Of a stretch of DNA of 64,000 nt, positions 20,684 through 30,639 are shown in pieces. Source of the DNA: Candidatus Latescibacterota bacterium. Lineage in GTDB: Bacteria > Latescibacterota > UBA2968 > GCA-2709665. The stretch spans positions 5,152,001 to 5,216,000 of the forward strand of contig OZ244937.1 of NCBI GenBank assembly GCA_965222075.1, read 5' to 3'. The notes under the pieces are model-generated. The model did no database searches, was not told the origin of the DNA, and saw only the letters and a program-made list of their open reading frames with translations. The translations under genes and the position numbers were made by a program. Within the stretch, counting starts at the first letter, position 1, and each line of letters opens with the position of its first letter.

Positions 20684-22090
20684 GTGCAACCCCCGGCCAT
20701 TATGGAGCGTGTTTGTCGTGCAATTGAGGTTTTAATAGAGGCCGGCGATCGGTACGGTGGACTTTTCCCTTCGATGCTGGACCTCAAGACACACGACATG
20801 CTGATGGAGATGCCCCCGGCCATCCCAGGCCAGCGCAACACAGACCGGGCGCCCCGGGGGGCGAACCTGATTCACGACGAAGCTGTACTGAAGACGATGG
20901 TTGCGCTGGACCGGCCGGGATTCCAGGACGCGGCCGACCGTTACCTGCGCCGGTTCGCCACGCACTGTACCGATACGGTGAGCGGCCTCTTCCCCTGGGG
21001 AGAGCACGCGTTCTGGGATCTGGTGGAGGACCGACCCGGAAACAGCTATACGGTCAACAATCCCGATTCATCGCAAGGGCTGACCCACGATCACCTCCGG
21101 GCGGCTCCGCTCTGGCTGTGGGAGAAGCTCCACAGGTTCAACCCGCGCTGCGTGGAACGGTTCGGCGAGGGGCTGGACAACCACTGGTCTTGCCGGGATC
21201 CGCTGGAATACATTCGGCACGGGTATATCGACCGCATTGAGCCGTGGCCGAGTGGAGGTTCGTCCTGCGATTTTCCGCGACACAGCGGGTTTTTCATATT
21301 CGATTGGGCCTTCGGGTTCGCCAAAAGCGGGCGAAGCGAATTCCTGGATCAGATCCAGAAGATGCTGGACTACTGGTGGGAGAAGCGGCGGGACGACGGC
21401 CTTCTCTGGTCGGAGAGCCGTACAACTCCCGGCGTCCACCTGGACGGGGTGGTCGCCGTGGGACAGACGCTTTTTCTGGCGGCGAGCCTCCTGGAGGCTG
21501 CGACTCTGCTGGAGGGTTGCCGGCCGGAGTTGGCGGCTGAGATGCGATACCGGGCCTCGGTGTATATCAGGGGATTTCTCAATGCACCGCACGATCCGGA
21601 CCGGGGGATATTCCTGTACGGGTTCAAGCTGGGGACGAACCCGAACGAGTGGGCCTCCGTTATCTGGGGAAGCGTGTACGGGAGTTGTCCCGTGAGCTAT
21701 GCGGCGCTTACCTGCCTGTGTGTTTACCGGATCACGTCGGAAGCGCGGCTGCTCGACTGGGCGGCTGCGGCGGGGACACGTTATGTGGACGAGCCGTTTC
21801 CCGGTGACGCAGCGGTCCCTGCGATGGACGCAGGGATGGGTCTGGGGCTTCTGGCCGATCTTTACGACATCACGGGAGAAGATCGATGGCTCGACGTCGG
21901 GCTGCGCCGGGCGGAAGAGCTGGTCTCGATCTACTTCGGCGACTGTGACCTGCCGCGCGGGGCGGCCGGAATTTCGTGGTACGAATCGCAAATGGGCCCC
22001 TCGTTCCTGCTGCATGGCCTGGCTCGACTTGCCCTGCTTGCCGATAGGCCGGAAAGTTGCCCGCTGGGTGCGGACTACACGGGTCGATGA
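20684..22090 (+). CDS. Hypothetical alpha/alpha-barrel protein, possibly lyase-like
   Basis: GLFPWGEH..WD motif reminiscent of PL2-type lyases; DLYDITGEDRWL helical repeats. Confidence 0.6.
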   Translation: MQPPAIMERVCRAIEVLIEAGDRYGGLFPSMLDLKTHDMLMEMPPAIPGQRNTDRAPRGANLIHDEAVLKTMVALDRPGFQDAADRYLRRFATHCTDTVSGLFPWGEHAFWDLVEDRPGNSYTVNNPDSSQGLTHDHLRAAPLWLWEKLHRFNPRCVERFGEGLDNHWSCRDPLEYIRHGYIDRIEPWPSGGSSCDFPRHSGFFIFDWAFGFAKSGRSEFLDQIQKMLDYWWEKRRDDGLLWSESRTTPGVHLDGVVAVGQTLFLAASLLEAATLLEGCRPELAAEMRYRASVYIRGFLNAPHDPDRGIFLYGFKLGTNPNEWASVIWGSVYGSCPVSYAALTCLCVYRITSEARLLDWAAAAGTRYVDEPFPGDAAVPAMDAGMGLGLLADLYDITGEDRWLDVGLRRAEELVSIYFGDCDLPRGAAGISWYESQMGPSFLLHGLARLALLADRPESCPLGADYTGR

Positions 22091-22126
22091 ATTCACGTTC
22101 AGGGTTTACCTGAGAGGAGGAATGTG

Positions 22127-24148
22127 ATGCCAGACCAGGACCGAACGCTCCGCCGGTCGGCACTGCTGCTTTTTCCGGATGCCGTGCTGAACGAGGCGAC
22201 GCTCGACCAGATTGTCCGGGAGGGATTCACGGATGTGGGTGTCGGCGTGGCGGTCACGCCCGGGCTAAAATACCAGGGCTTTTCGTTGGAGCAGTCGGAG
22301 AGGCTTGCCCGGATGTGCGAGGAACGGGGCCTGGGGCTGATTGCCTTTACCGGGTATATGAAATATAACGAACACCTCGTGGCGGAGGAACCCCATCGGC
22401 TGATGCATCTGGTCGGCGGGGGCGAGGTACTGGACCTGGACGGGCTGCGGGTGCGGTGGATGTGTCCTTTTCGCCCCGAGAATAAGGCCTACTACCTGTC
22501 TCTGCTGATGGAGATCTGCAATTGGCCGTCGGTACGGGAGATCCACCTCAACGATGAGGCGTGTCTGGGGTTCGGAGACGGGACGATCGGGTGCTACTGC
22601 GAGTTCTGCCAGTCGGAATTCCGGAAGCGCACGGGCGTCAACCCGCCCAGGACTGCGGATTGGGATGACTCGCTGTGGTATGCGTGGCTGGAAGCCCGGT
22701 TTGACAATTGGGAGGCGGTGCACGCAGAATTTCGAAGGGCCATCAAGGATGTCCGGCCGGACGTGGCTGTGGGGATCCAACACAGTCCCGCCATGCCTGA
22801 GCGGAACTACAATGCCTGGCAGACGGGGATCTGCCTGGCCCGCGATGCCCGTACGCAGGATGTTGTTGCCACAGACCCCTATCACTTCAATCACGACAAG
22901 CTGATCCTGCACCGACCCCACCGCAGGATCCTTTCGGAGACCACGAGAAGCCTGATGGGTGTGTGTATGGACCGGCAGGTGGATATTTATCCGCAGGGCT
23001 TCATGCCTCCGTCCCAGGCGGTGCCAATGGGCAGGCAGGACGGGTTGCTGGCGGGCGTGGTGCCGTTTGCACTGGGAGCAGACCTGGTGATGCCGTTTAC
23101 CTATGAACAGATGAAGATCATCCCGGGATTTTTCGAGGCATTCGATGAGACCCGGCGACTGGAGCCGATGTTCGCGTCACACCGGCCTTACGGTTTTGCC
23201 ACGATGATCATGCCCCAGCAGTCCGAGATCACCGGCCACTACGATTCGAACTGGGGGCATTCTGATTTGATCAATATGGTGGATATGGTCTACCGGACGG
23301 GCCTGCCGTGGCGGTGGTTCTGGGATCAGCGCCTGGACGACGCGGGCGACCGGTTGAGGGGTCCGGTGATCCTGCCCGAGGTGCACTGCCTCACGCAGTG
23401 CCAGGTCGATTGTATCAACGCGGTTGCCAAACGCGGAGAGGGTCTGCTGTGGATCGGCAACCGGCCGGCCGGTCCTTGGGCCGGGAGCGGCCCATGCAAG
23501 CTGCCGTGTACGATCGACTCGGGCGCCTTTGAACTCGACCTTCAGGGCGATCATCCGCTGACAGAGGGTCTGGACCACCCCGTGATCCTCAGCACCCGCG
23601 TGGATGGTCCGGGTCCGGACGGGGAGGTGCTGGGGACGGTGGAGGGCAGGCCGGCGCTGGTGCTGATGGAGGAGGGGAGGCGCCGAGAGGCGTGGCTGGC
23701 CGGCATGCCGGCTGTGAATTACACCGGAACGGTTCCGGGTAAGTCCTCGCTTGAGGAGACTTCCAATGTGGAACTGCTGCGGAGGCTGATTTTCTGGACG
23801 TCGGGCCGCAGGCCGCTGGCGCGGCTGGATCCGTTCCCGCCGGTGGACGATTACCGTACGCTGCGACCGGCCGACCGCCGGGCCGTGCCCACGATTGAGT
23901 TGCTGCCGATGGTCAAGGACGACGATTCTCTGCTGGCAATCGTGTTTCCGTATACGCCGGTGAGATGCCAGACGTCGCTGGTGGTGACCCTGTCGGAAGG
24001 TAAGACGCTCCGGAGCATCCAGGAGATCTGGTCGGGGGAGGACTGGAGCGACCGGGTGTCGTCTGTTGAAAATGGCACGGTACGCATCCCACTTGATATT
24101 CCAGGCGATTGTGACTTCCTGGCGATTCACGTGCAGATGGAAGGCTGA
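22127..24148 (+). CDS. GH42-like TIM-barrel protein
   Basis: CPFR, EIHLNDE, CYC..CQ, TDPYH; AGGAGG RBS; paralog of 10581-12671. Confidence 0.68.
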   Translation: MPDQDRTLRRSALLLFPDAVLNEATLDQIVREGFTDVGVGVAVTPGLKYQGFSLEQSERLARMCEERGLGLIAFTGYMKYNEHLVAEEPHRLMHLVGGGEVLDLDGLRVRWMCPFRPENKAYYLSLLMEICNWPSVREIHLNDEACLGFGDGTIGCYCEFCQSEFRKRTGVNPPRTADWDDSLWYAWLEARFDNWEAVHAEFRRAIKDVRPDVAVGIQHSPAMPERNYNAWQTGICLARDARTQDVVATDPYHFNHDKLILHRPHRRILSETTRSLMGVCMDRQVDIYPQGFMPPSQAVPMGRQDGLLAGVVPFALGADLVMPFTYEQMKIIPGFFEAFDETRRLEPMFASHRPYGFATMIMPQQSEITGHYDSNWGHSDLINMVDMVYRTGLPWRWFWDQRLDDAGDRLRGPVILPEVHCLTQCQVDCINAVAKRGEGLLWIGNRPAGPWAGSGPCKLPCTIDSGAFELDLQGDHPLTEGLDHPVILSTRVDGPGPDGEVLGTVEGRPALVLMEEGRRREAWLAGMPAVNYTGTVPGKSSLEETSNVELLRRLIFWTSGRRPLARLDPFPPVDDYRTLRPADRRAVPTIELLPMVKDDDSLLAIVFPYTPVRCQTSLVVTLSEGKTLRSIQEIWSGEDWSDRVSSVENGTVRIPLDIPGDCDFLAIHVQMEG

Positions 24149-24183
24149 GCGTTTCCGGCAGAAAGGGTGGAGGTGCCGAGCAG

Positions 24184-26169
24184 ATGGCGCAGAGAACTGG
24201 CCAGGTAACTCAGGAGCGCACGATACCGAAGGCGGAGGCGCACGAGGGGGACGGCCTGACACCCCGGGCGTTCCTGATCGGGCTTGCGCTGTGCGCCACC
24301 TTAGGCGTCTGGCTGACGTACAACCGGATGGTGGTCCAGGGGCCCTTTATGGGATGGTATTTCCTGGACCGGGGCGTGATGTTTGTCTTTTTCTGCCTGG
24401 TGCTGATGGTCAATCCTCTGCTGGCTTCCCTGAAGCGTCGCTACGCGTTGGGCAGGGGCGAGTTGCTGGCCATCTATGCGATGTTCCTGTTTTTGATGCC
24501 GGCATGGGGGATGGCCAAGGCGCTGCTGGGGTTTATGACCGGTGTGACCTACTACGCCTCACCGGAGATGCGCCATCTTGAGGCGGTGCTGCCCTATTCC
24601 CTGCCCTGGCTGGCGGTGCTGGATGGTGAGCCGGTGAGAGGGCTTTATGAGGGATTGCCGAAGGGCGCCTCCGTGCCCTGGTGGGCGTGGGTGGTTCCGC
24701 TGTGGAGCTGGGGGGCGTTTTTGGTGGCGCTGTTCATGGTGCTGATCTGCATGGCGGTGATTCTGCGGAAGCAGTGGGAGGAGCACGAGCGGTTTGCGTT
24801 TCCGATTATGCAGGTGCCTTTAGCGATGGGAGAGCGGGGTGAGGGGAGGGTGGGACCGCTGTTCAGGAGCCGGGTGATGTGGGGGGGATTTGCAATCCCG
24901 TTTACCATCGGTTCGATGAATGGGCTGCACAGCTATTTTTATTCGCTGCCTCAGATCAGATTGAGGACGGTGATCTGGATTTTCCGGCGGGCGATTCCTC
25001 TGTCGATCAGGCTTCACTTTGCCCTTGTCGGATACGCGTATTTCGTGAATTTAGATGTGAGTCTGAGCATCTGGCTGTTCAACGTGATCGCCAAATGTAT
25101 CAACGGGACACTGGCAATGCTGGGGATGGAGCGCTACGGCGTATCCGGGGTGGTGGGACGGCACAGTTCTCAGGGGTCGGAATTTCTGGCGTTTACGGGG
25201 ATGGGGTATATGCTGGCGCTGGCGGGCTACAGCCTGTGGATTGCGCGGGGACATTTGCGTAAGGTGTGGGCGAAGGCGCTGGGGCGGCCGTCGGAACTGG
25301 AGGATGGGGAGGAGGTGATTCCCTACCGGACGGCAGTGTTCGGTGTGGCGCTGGGGACGCTGTATCTGGGGCTCTGGCTGTATCAGGGAGGGATATCGCC
25401 GCTGGTGATCGTGCTGCTGTTCTTTTGCTGTTTTGTGGTGTTTCTGGTGCTGGCGCGGATTGTGAGCGAGACCGGGTATGCGGTGACGTATTCGCCGCTG
25501 AATCCGTTTGAGTTTGCCGTGTGTGCGGTGGGTTCTTCAGCGTTTGGTCCGACGGGTCTGGTGACGATGGGGCTCAGCTATGCGTGGACGATGACGCGGC
25601 TGAATACGATGATGCCCCGGGCTTCCGGGGCGCTGCGGCTGGCGCGAGAGATGGGACGGAAGCGGAGGCTGATCTGGGCGATGGGTGCTGCGCTGGCCGT
25701 TGGTTTGATCGTTGCGAGTTATACGACGTTAGAGTTGGGGTATGCGCACGGGGGGAGGAACCTGGATTACTGGTTCCGGGATGTGAACGATGCCTCCCTT
25801 CCATTTGACGAGTATGTCGGCCGCCGACTGTTGGAGCCAAGTCCGGTGTTCTACCAGGGATTTCTGTATACCGGGCTGGGGGTGGCCCTTGCAGCGCTTT
25901 TGATGGGGCTCCGGATGCGGCTGCCGTGGTGGCCGCTGCACCCGGTGGCGCTGCCGGTGAGTACGATCTGGATGACGGAGCACTACTACTTCAGCGTCTT
26001 TCTGGCGTGGGGGATCAAGGCGCTGGTGATGAAGTTCGGCGGGGCGAATTTTTACAAGAGGACAAGGCCGTTTTTCATCGGGATCATTTTAGGTGAGGCG
26101 GTCTGTTTGGGAATGTGGAGCCTGATTGACTTTTTCACAGGGAAGGTTGGGAATATGTTTCTTCTGTAG
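24184..26169 (+). CDS. DUF6785/DUF6784-like membrane protein (paralog 2)
   Basis: Same conserved motifs as 17574-19586. Confidence 0.8.
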   Translation: MAQRTGQVTQERTIPKAEAHEGDGLTPRAFLIGLALCATLGVWLTYNRMVVQGPFMGWYFLDRGVMFVFFCLVLMVNPLLASLKRRYALGRGELLAIYAMFLFLMPAWGMAKALLGFMTGVTYYASPEMRHLEAVLPYSLPWLAVLDGEPVRGLYEGLPKGASVPWWAWVVPLWSWGAFLVALFMVLICMAVILRKQWEEHERFAFPIMQVPLAMGERGEGRVGPLFRSRVMWGGFAIPFTIGSMNGLHSYFYSLPQIRLRTVIWIFRRAIPLSIRLHFALVGYAYFVNLDVSLSIWLFNVIAKCINGTLAMLGMERYGVSGVVGRHSSQGSEFLAFTGMGYMLALAGYSLWIARGHLRKVWAKALGRPSELEDGEEVIPYRTAVFGVALGTLYLGLWLYQGGISPLVIVLLFFCCFVVFLVLARIVSETGYAVTYSPLNPFEFAVCAVGSSAFGPTGLVTMGLSYAWTMTRLNTMMPRASGALRLAREMGRKRRLIWAMGAALAVGLIVASYTTLELGYAHGGRNLDYWFRDVNDASLPFDEYVGRRLLEPSPVFYQGFLYTGLGVALAALLMGLRMRLPWWPLHPVALPVSTIWMTEHYYFSVFLAWGIKALVMKFGGANFYKRTRPFFIGIILGEAVCLGMWSLIDFFTGKVGNMFLL

Positions 26170-26226
26170 CGTTCAAGGGGTTGCCCGTTGATCAACCGAT
26201 CGCTTCTTCCAAAAGGAGTCCTAACC

Positions 26227-27144
26227 ATGCTTACTCAGGAACAGATTGATTTCTACCATACCAACGGCTATCTCGGTCTGGAAGACATCCTCTCACATCA
26301 GGAGGTCGAAGACCTCCGCCGGGTCACCGATGCGTTCGTTGAAAGGTCGCGGCAGGTCACCAGAACCGACGATGTGTTCGACCTGGAACCAAGCCATACG
26401 CCTGAAAGCCCCCGGTTGCGCCGTCTCATAAACCCGTCCCAACAGCACGACGTGTACGCCCGAGGCCTGCGCCACGACAAGATCCTGGACATCATCGCCC
26501 AGCTCATCGGTCCTGGCATTCGCACCAATGGGGATAAACTCAATATGAAATCTGCGGAGGTGGGTAGCCCTGTGGAATGGCATCAGGACTGGGCGTTCTA
26601 CCCCCACACCAACGACGATCTGCTGGCCGTTGGTGTGGCCATAGACGACATGACCAGAGAAAATGGGTGCCTGCTGGTCATTCCGGGATCCCATCAAGGT
26701 CGCATCTACGACCACCACCTGAACGGGGCCTTTGCGGGCGCGGTCACCGAACCGGATTTCACCGGTGAAGGCGCCGTCCCGATCGAAGTCAAAGCAGGTG
26801 GCATCTCCATCCACCACGTCCGGACGCTGCACGGCTCCGCCCCGAATACGTCTGGCAAGCCTCGCCGCCTCCTCCTCTATATGTATTGCGCCGTTGATGC
26901 CTGGCCGCTGGTACAGTCTGTAACAAGCTGGGAGGAGTTCAACAGTAAAATTCTGCGCGGGGAGCCGACCCGGGAACCGCGCCTGGTCGACGTCCCCGTC
27001 CGGATTCCCCTTCCCCCTGCCGAGCGCTCGGGGTCCATTTATGAAATTCAAACCGTCCTTGAGTCGAGTAAAATGACGCCTGGTGATGTGGGTACTGCAA
27101 GCGAAATATCTTCGGTTCTTTCAGGGGAAGACAAAGTTGCGTGA
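26227..27144 (+). CDS. PhyH family Fe/2OG dioxygenase
   Basis: MLTQEQIDFY..NGYL, WHQD, ENGCLLVIPGSH, LHGSAPN..RR. Confidence 0.9.
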   Translation: MLTQEQIDFYHTNGYLGLEDILSHQEVEDLRRVTDAFVERSRQVTRTDDVFDLEPSHTPESPRLRRLINPSQQHDVYARGLRHDKILDIIAQLIGPGIRTNGDKLNMKSAEVGSPVEWHQDWAFYPHTNDDLLAVGVAIDDMTRENGCLLVIPGSHQGRIYDHHLNGAFAGAVTEPDFTGEGAVPIEVKAGGISIHHVRTLHGSAPNTSGKPRRLLLYMYCAVDAWPLVQSVTSWEEFNSKILRGEPTREPRLVDVPVRIPLPPAERSGSIYEIQTVLESSKMTPGDVGTASEISSVLSGEDKVA

Positions 27145-28108
27145 CTTTCCGTCAAAAGATGAAGTCACCATCTGTTTCGCCGTTACCTATCAGATGGCGG
27201 CCAGGTTTGAGAAGCGTGCATCCGGTATCAGCCACTACCAGGCGTGGACGCCGGATGAGGTGACCGAGCGAATCGGTGAGGTTGTCGTGTTCGTGGGTTA
27301 CGGATTCTGGCGCGACGATCTGCTCGACCTCGCGCCCCGGCTCAGGTTGATCCAATCCATCGGTGCGGGGTACGACGTGTTTCCACTGGACGAGTTGAGG
27401 GCACGGGGCATCCGGCTTACCAGTTCTCAGGGTGTGAACAGGAACGCCGTGAGTGAGCACGCGATGGCGCTTATTCTGGCGTTTGCCCGACATATCCACA
27501 CCGGACGGGACAACCAGCGCCGGCGCCACTGGCGCGGAATGATCCCGGATCTGTCGCAGCGAGAGGACGAACTGGGTGGAAAGACGATGCTGATCGTGGG
27601 GATGGGAGGCATCGGGTGCAGGCTGGCAGCGCTGGGCAAGGCGTTCGATATGCGCGTCCTTGCCACGAAGCGCAACCCGGCGACCGCCCGGGGACCGGCG
27701 GACGAGGTGCATACGCCGGACCGGCTGCGGGACCTGCTGCCGCAGGCGGACTACGTCGTGTTGACCTGTCCGCTGACGCCGGAGACGGAGAAGATAATCG
27801 ACGCAGAGGCCCTGTCTGCGATGAAAAGCTCTTCGTGTCTGATCAACGTGGCCCGGGGCAGGTGTGTGGATGAGCCGGCGCTGCTGGAAGCGGTGCGCAG
27901 TGGGTCGATTGGGGGTGCCGGGATCGACCATTTTTGGGACGAGCCGCTGCCGGAGGACTCGCCGTTTTGGGATCTGGAGAATGTGGTGATCACGCCCCAT
28001 ACCGCGGGCCAGACCCGGATGTACGAGGAGAATACGATCGATATTCTATTGGAGAACCTGGAACGGCTGTGGCGTGGCGAGGTGGAACTGCGTAACCAGG
28101 TTTTGTAG
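27137..28108 (+). CDS. D-2-hydroxyacid dehydrogenase
   Basis: IVGMGGIG, PLTPET, INVARG..VDE.AL, EPLP, ITPH; start uncertain (TTG 27137). Confidence 0.88.
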   Translation: MRDFPSKDEVTICFAVTYQMAARFEKRASGISHYQAWTPDEVTERIGEVVVFVGYGFWRDDLLDLAPRLRLIQSIGAGYDVFPLDELRARGIRLTSSQGVNRNAVSEHAMALILAFARHIHTGRDNQRRRHWRGMIPDLSQREDELGGKTMLIVGMGGIGCRLAALGKAFDMRVLATKRNPATARGPADEVHTPDRLRDLLPQADYVVLTCPLTPETEKIIDAEALSAMKSSSCLINVARGRCVDEPALLEAVRSGSIGGAGIDHFWDEPLPEDSPFWDLENVVITPHTAGQTRMYEENTIDILLENLERLWRGEVELRNQVL

Positions 28109-28154
28109 ACGGAGGCCCTCACCTATAAGTGACGGGTTTTTGTGTGGGGAGAAT

Positions 28155-30611
28155 ATGGCGATGGTGAAATTGGAAGTGTTGAAGGCTGCGGTGAACTGTG
28201 TGATTTTGGGGGTGGGTCTCCAGGGGAACAGGGGGGTGCGGATTTATCGGGCACGGCGGGCGTCCGGGCCTTATGAGGAGGTGGGGGTGGCGTATGGGGA
28301 GCGGTATGTGGATGGGGCGGATTTGGAGCCGGGGAGGCGGTATTTCTATTGTGCTGTCGTCTGGAACAGTCCCTACCTGTATCCGGAGCCGGGGTGGTGG
28401 AAGGAGGGGGAGCCGGTTTCTGTGGTTGTTCCACGGGCGCCGAAGGAGAGGCGGGCCATGCTGACGCGGAAGCGGCAGGCGTTTACGGTGAATATGGGCG
28501 GGTACCTGGACGAGTCGAATACGGTGACGAAGCAGCCGGAGACGTACTCTCCCGGACCGGGCCGGAGTATGCCGCCCTACGAGCAGGCGTTTGAGCCGAA
28601 CATGTATGTGGCGATTGAGAACCTGGGGGAGACAGATGTGGTGAATCCGTGGGTGGTGGCCAATGGGGAGAGGGACTGGTGGTCGGTCGAGGGCATGGCG
28701 CGGGAGATTCTGGAGACCGTCGGTTCGGGGGCGTCGGATGGTGAGAAGGCGATGGGAGTGTGGCGGTTTGTTGCCGAAGAGCTTTACGACCAGAGGGCGG
28801 GTCTGTCATGGTCGGACGATTTTGGCGATCCGGTGAAGCTGTTCAATGTGTACGGGTTCGACGGCTGTATTGCGAATGCGGTCGTGAGCTGCCGTTTAGC
28901 CGAGGCAGCAGGACTGAAGGCCCGTGAGATCTGGCTGGGCGAAATTGCCTCTATAGATGGCTACGGCCGGGGACGGGTCTGTGCCCATGATATTTTTGAA
29001 GCGTATGCGGAAGGGGACTGGCGTTTTCTGGATACGGATCAGATGGTGTATTTTCTGAAGCGGGACAACAAGACGGTGGCGGGGTCGGAGGATCTGGCGC
29101 GGGATATCGATCTGCTGCGCCGGTCGCACCGAACCCTGGGTCTGGCGGGAAGGGATATGCCGGAGAATACGTATTATTACACGCCTTTCCGGGAGCGGCA
29201 GTTTGTGTATCCGCCGAACAAAGGGGGGGTCTGGACGGACAACGCGGGCGTTTTTACACATGCGCCGGGGAAATATCCGCCGCCGCATACGATGGGGCTG
29301 CGGCTGCGTCCGGGGGAGAAGCTGGTGCGCTACTGGGACAACGTGGGAAAGCAGGTGGTGCGGGGGCCTCGAATGCATCCGGAGGTACGATATTCCAACG
29401 GGAAGCTGGTCTACCGGCCGGACCTGCGCAGCCCGCTCTGTCTGAAGGGGACCGAGGGGATGAAGAATGTGGCGCAGGAAGGATCGGGACGCAGAGCCGC
29501 GCTGCATCCGGCAAGGGCGGGGCAGGTGTCGGAGGTGGTGTGGAAGGTGGCGTCGCCCTATGCGATTCCGGGGGCGCAGGTGGGGATCACCTGCAGGCGG
29601 GAGACCCGGGAGGACGGTTTGGAGGTGTTGTTTTCAAAGGATGGGGAGAACTGGCGTTCGATCTGGATCGCGTGCGGACAGATGCGCGAGGGCAGACAGG
29701 GTTTTGTGCGCAAGCTGGATGCGTGTATAGAGCTGGACTGGCTCATCAATCCGGCGCTGAACGACTGGCGGGAGGAGAAGGACCTGGTGTGGCGGATGGG
29801 GCCCTGCTATTCCTACTACATCAAGGTGGCGATGTGGGCAGGCTCCAGACCGGAGGCGGTGGGGCTGGACGCGATCCGGTTCGACACGGACATCCAGTGC
29901 GCCACACGATCCCTGCCTTCGCTGTTTTGCGGGAAGAATACGATTGCCTACCGGGACGACAGCCCGGGAGGGCGGAAGGTGCGGGTGACCTACGGCTGGC
30001 AGGAGGAGCATTCGATAAGGCCTCCCGGAGCGCCGGAGCTGGTCTATCCAAAGGACGGGGCGGACGTGAACCGGCTGGATTTCGAGTTCAGGTGGCGGAG
30101 GCCGAAGGTGGACGATTACCATGTGCAGGTGAGCCAGTACGCGGATTTCCGGTGGTGCGTCTGCCCGACGTTCGACCGGTATGTGGGGAGGACGAAGTAT
30201 GCGGGAAAGACGCGGTGGCAACCGGAGTTTCCGAATCTGCTGAATCCGGATGAGACCTATTACTGGCGGGTGCGGGCGAGGAATGCGAAGGGGGTGTGGG
30301 GAGACTGGAGTGAGGTGCGGTCATTCGTGCCGCACGGTCCTCGTCTTCCGGTGGGTCTTGAGGTGAAGGGGCGAGGCAAGGGGAGGGTGCTGGTGTGGTC
30401 AACGAATGGGGAGGGGAATCCGCCGGTGGCGTATCGGGTTCACGGATCGATGGAGTCGGGAGGGTTTTCGGCAGGTGAGGAGAATTTGGTGGGCGTCGTG
30501 GAAGAGACGCGCTGGCCGTTGGAGGGTGCGAAAAAGGGGATGTCGTATCGTGTGGTGGCGGTGGATGTGGGGGGGGTGCCGAGTACGCCGTCGGATTACG
30601 TCGAAATCTAA
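28155..30611 (+). CDS. Large protein with transglutaminase-like core and FN3-like C-terminal domains
   Basis: YGFDGC..AGLKAR..AHDIFEAY..WRFLD (Cys/His/Asp pattern); YYWRVRARN..GVWGDWS FN3-like motif. Confidence 0.6.
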   Translation: MAMVKLEVLKAAVNCVILGVGLQGNRGVRIYRARRASGPYEEVGVAYGERYVDGADLEPGRRYFYCAVVWNSPYLYPEPGWWKEGEPVSVVVPRAPKERRAMLTRKRQAFTVNMGGYLDESNTVTKQPETYSPGPGRSMPPYEQAFEPNMYVAIENLGETDVVNPWVVANGERDWWSVEGMAREILETVGSGASDGEKAMGVWRFVAEELYDQRAGLSWSDDFGDPVKLFNVYGFDGCIANAVVSCRLAEAAGLKAREIWLGEIASIDGYGRGRVCAHDIFEAYAEGDWRFLDTDQMVYFLKRDNKTVAGSEDLARDIDLLRRSHRTLGLAGRDMPENTYYYTPFRERQFVYPPNKGGVWTDNAGVFTHAPGKYPPPHTMGLRLRPGEKLVRYWDNVGKQVVRGPRMHPEVRYSNGKLVYRPDLRSPLCLKGTEGMKNVAQEGSGRRAALHPARAGQVSEVVWKVASPYAIPGAQVGITCRRETREDGLEVLFSKDGENWRSIWIACGQMREGRQGFVRKLDACIELDWLINPALNDWREEKDLVWRMGPCYSYYIKVAMWAGSRPEAVGLDAIRFDTDIQCATRSLPSLFCGKNTIAYRDDSPGGRKVRVTYGWQEEHSIRPPGAPELVYPKDGADVNRLDFEFRWRRPKVDDYHVQVSQYADFRWCVCPTFDRYVGRTKYAGKTRWQPEFPNLLNPDETYYWRVRARNAKGVWGDWSEVRSFVPHGPRLPVGLEVKGRGKGRVLVWSTNGEGNPPVAYRVHGSMESGGFSAGEENLVGVVEETRWPLEGAKKGMSYRVVAVDVGGVPSTPSDYVEI

Positions 30612-30639
30612 GATGGACTACAGAAAGAGGACGTGAGGG

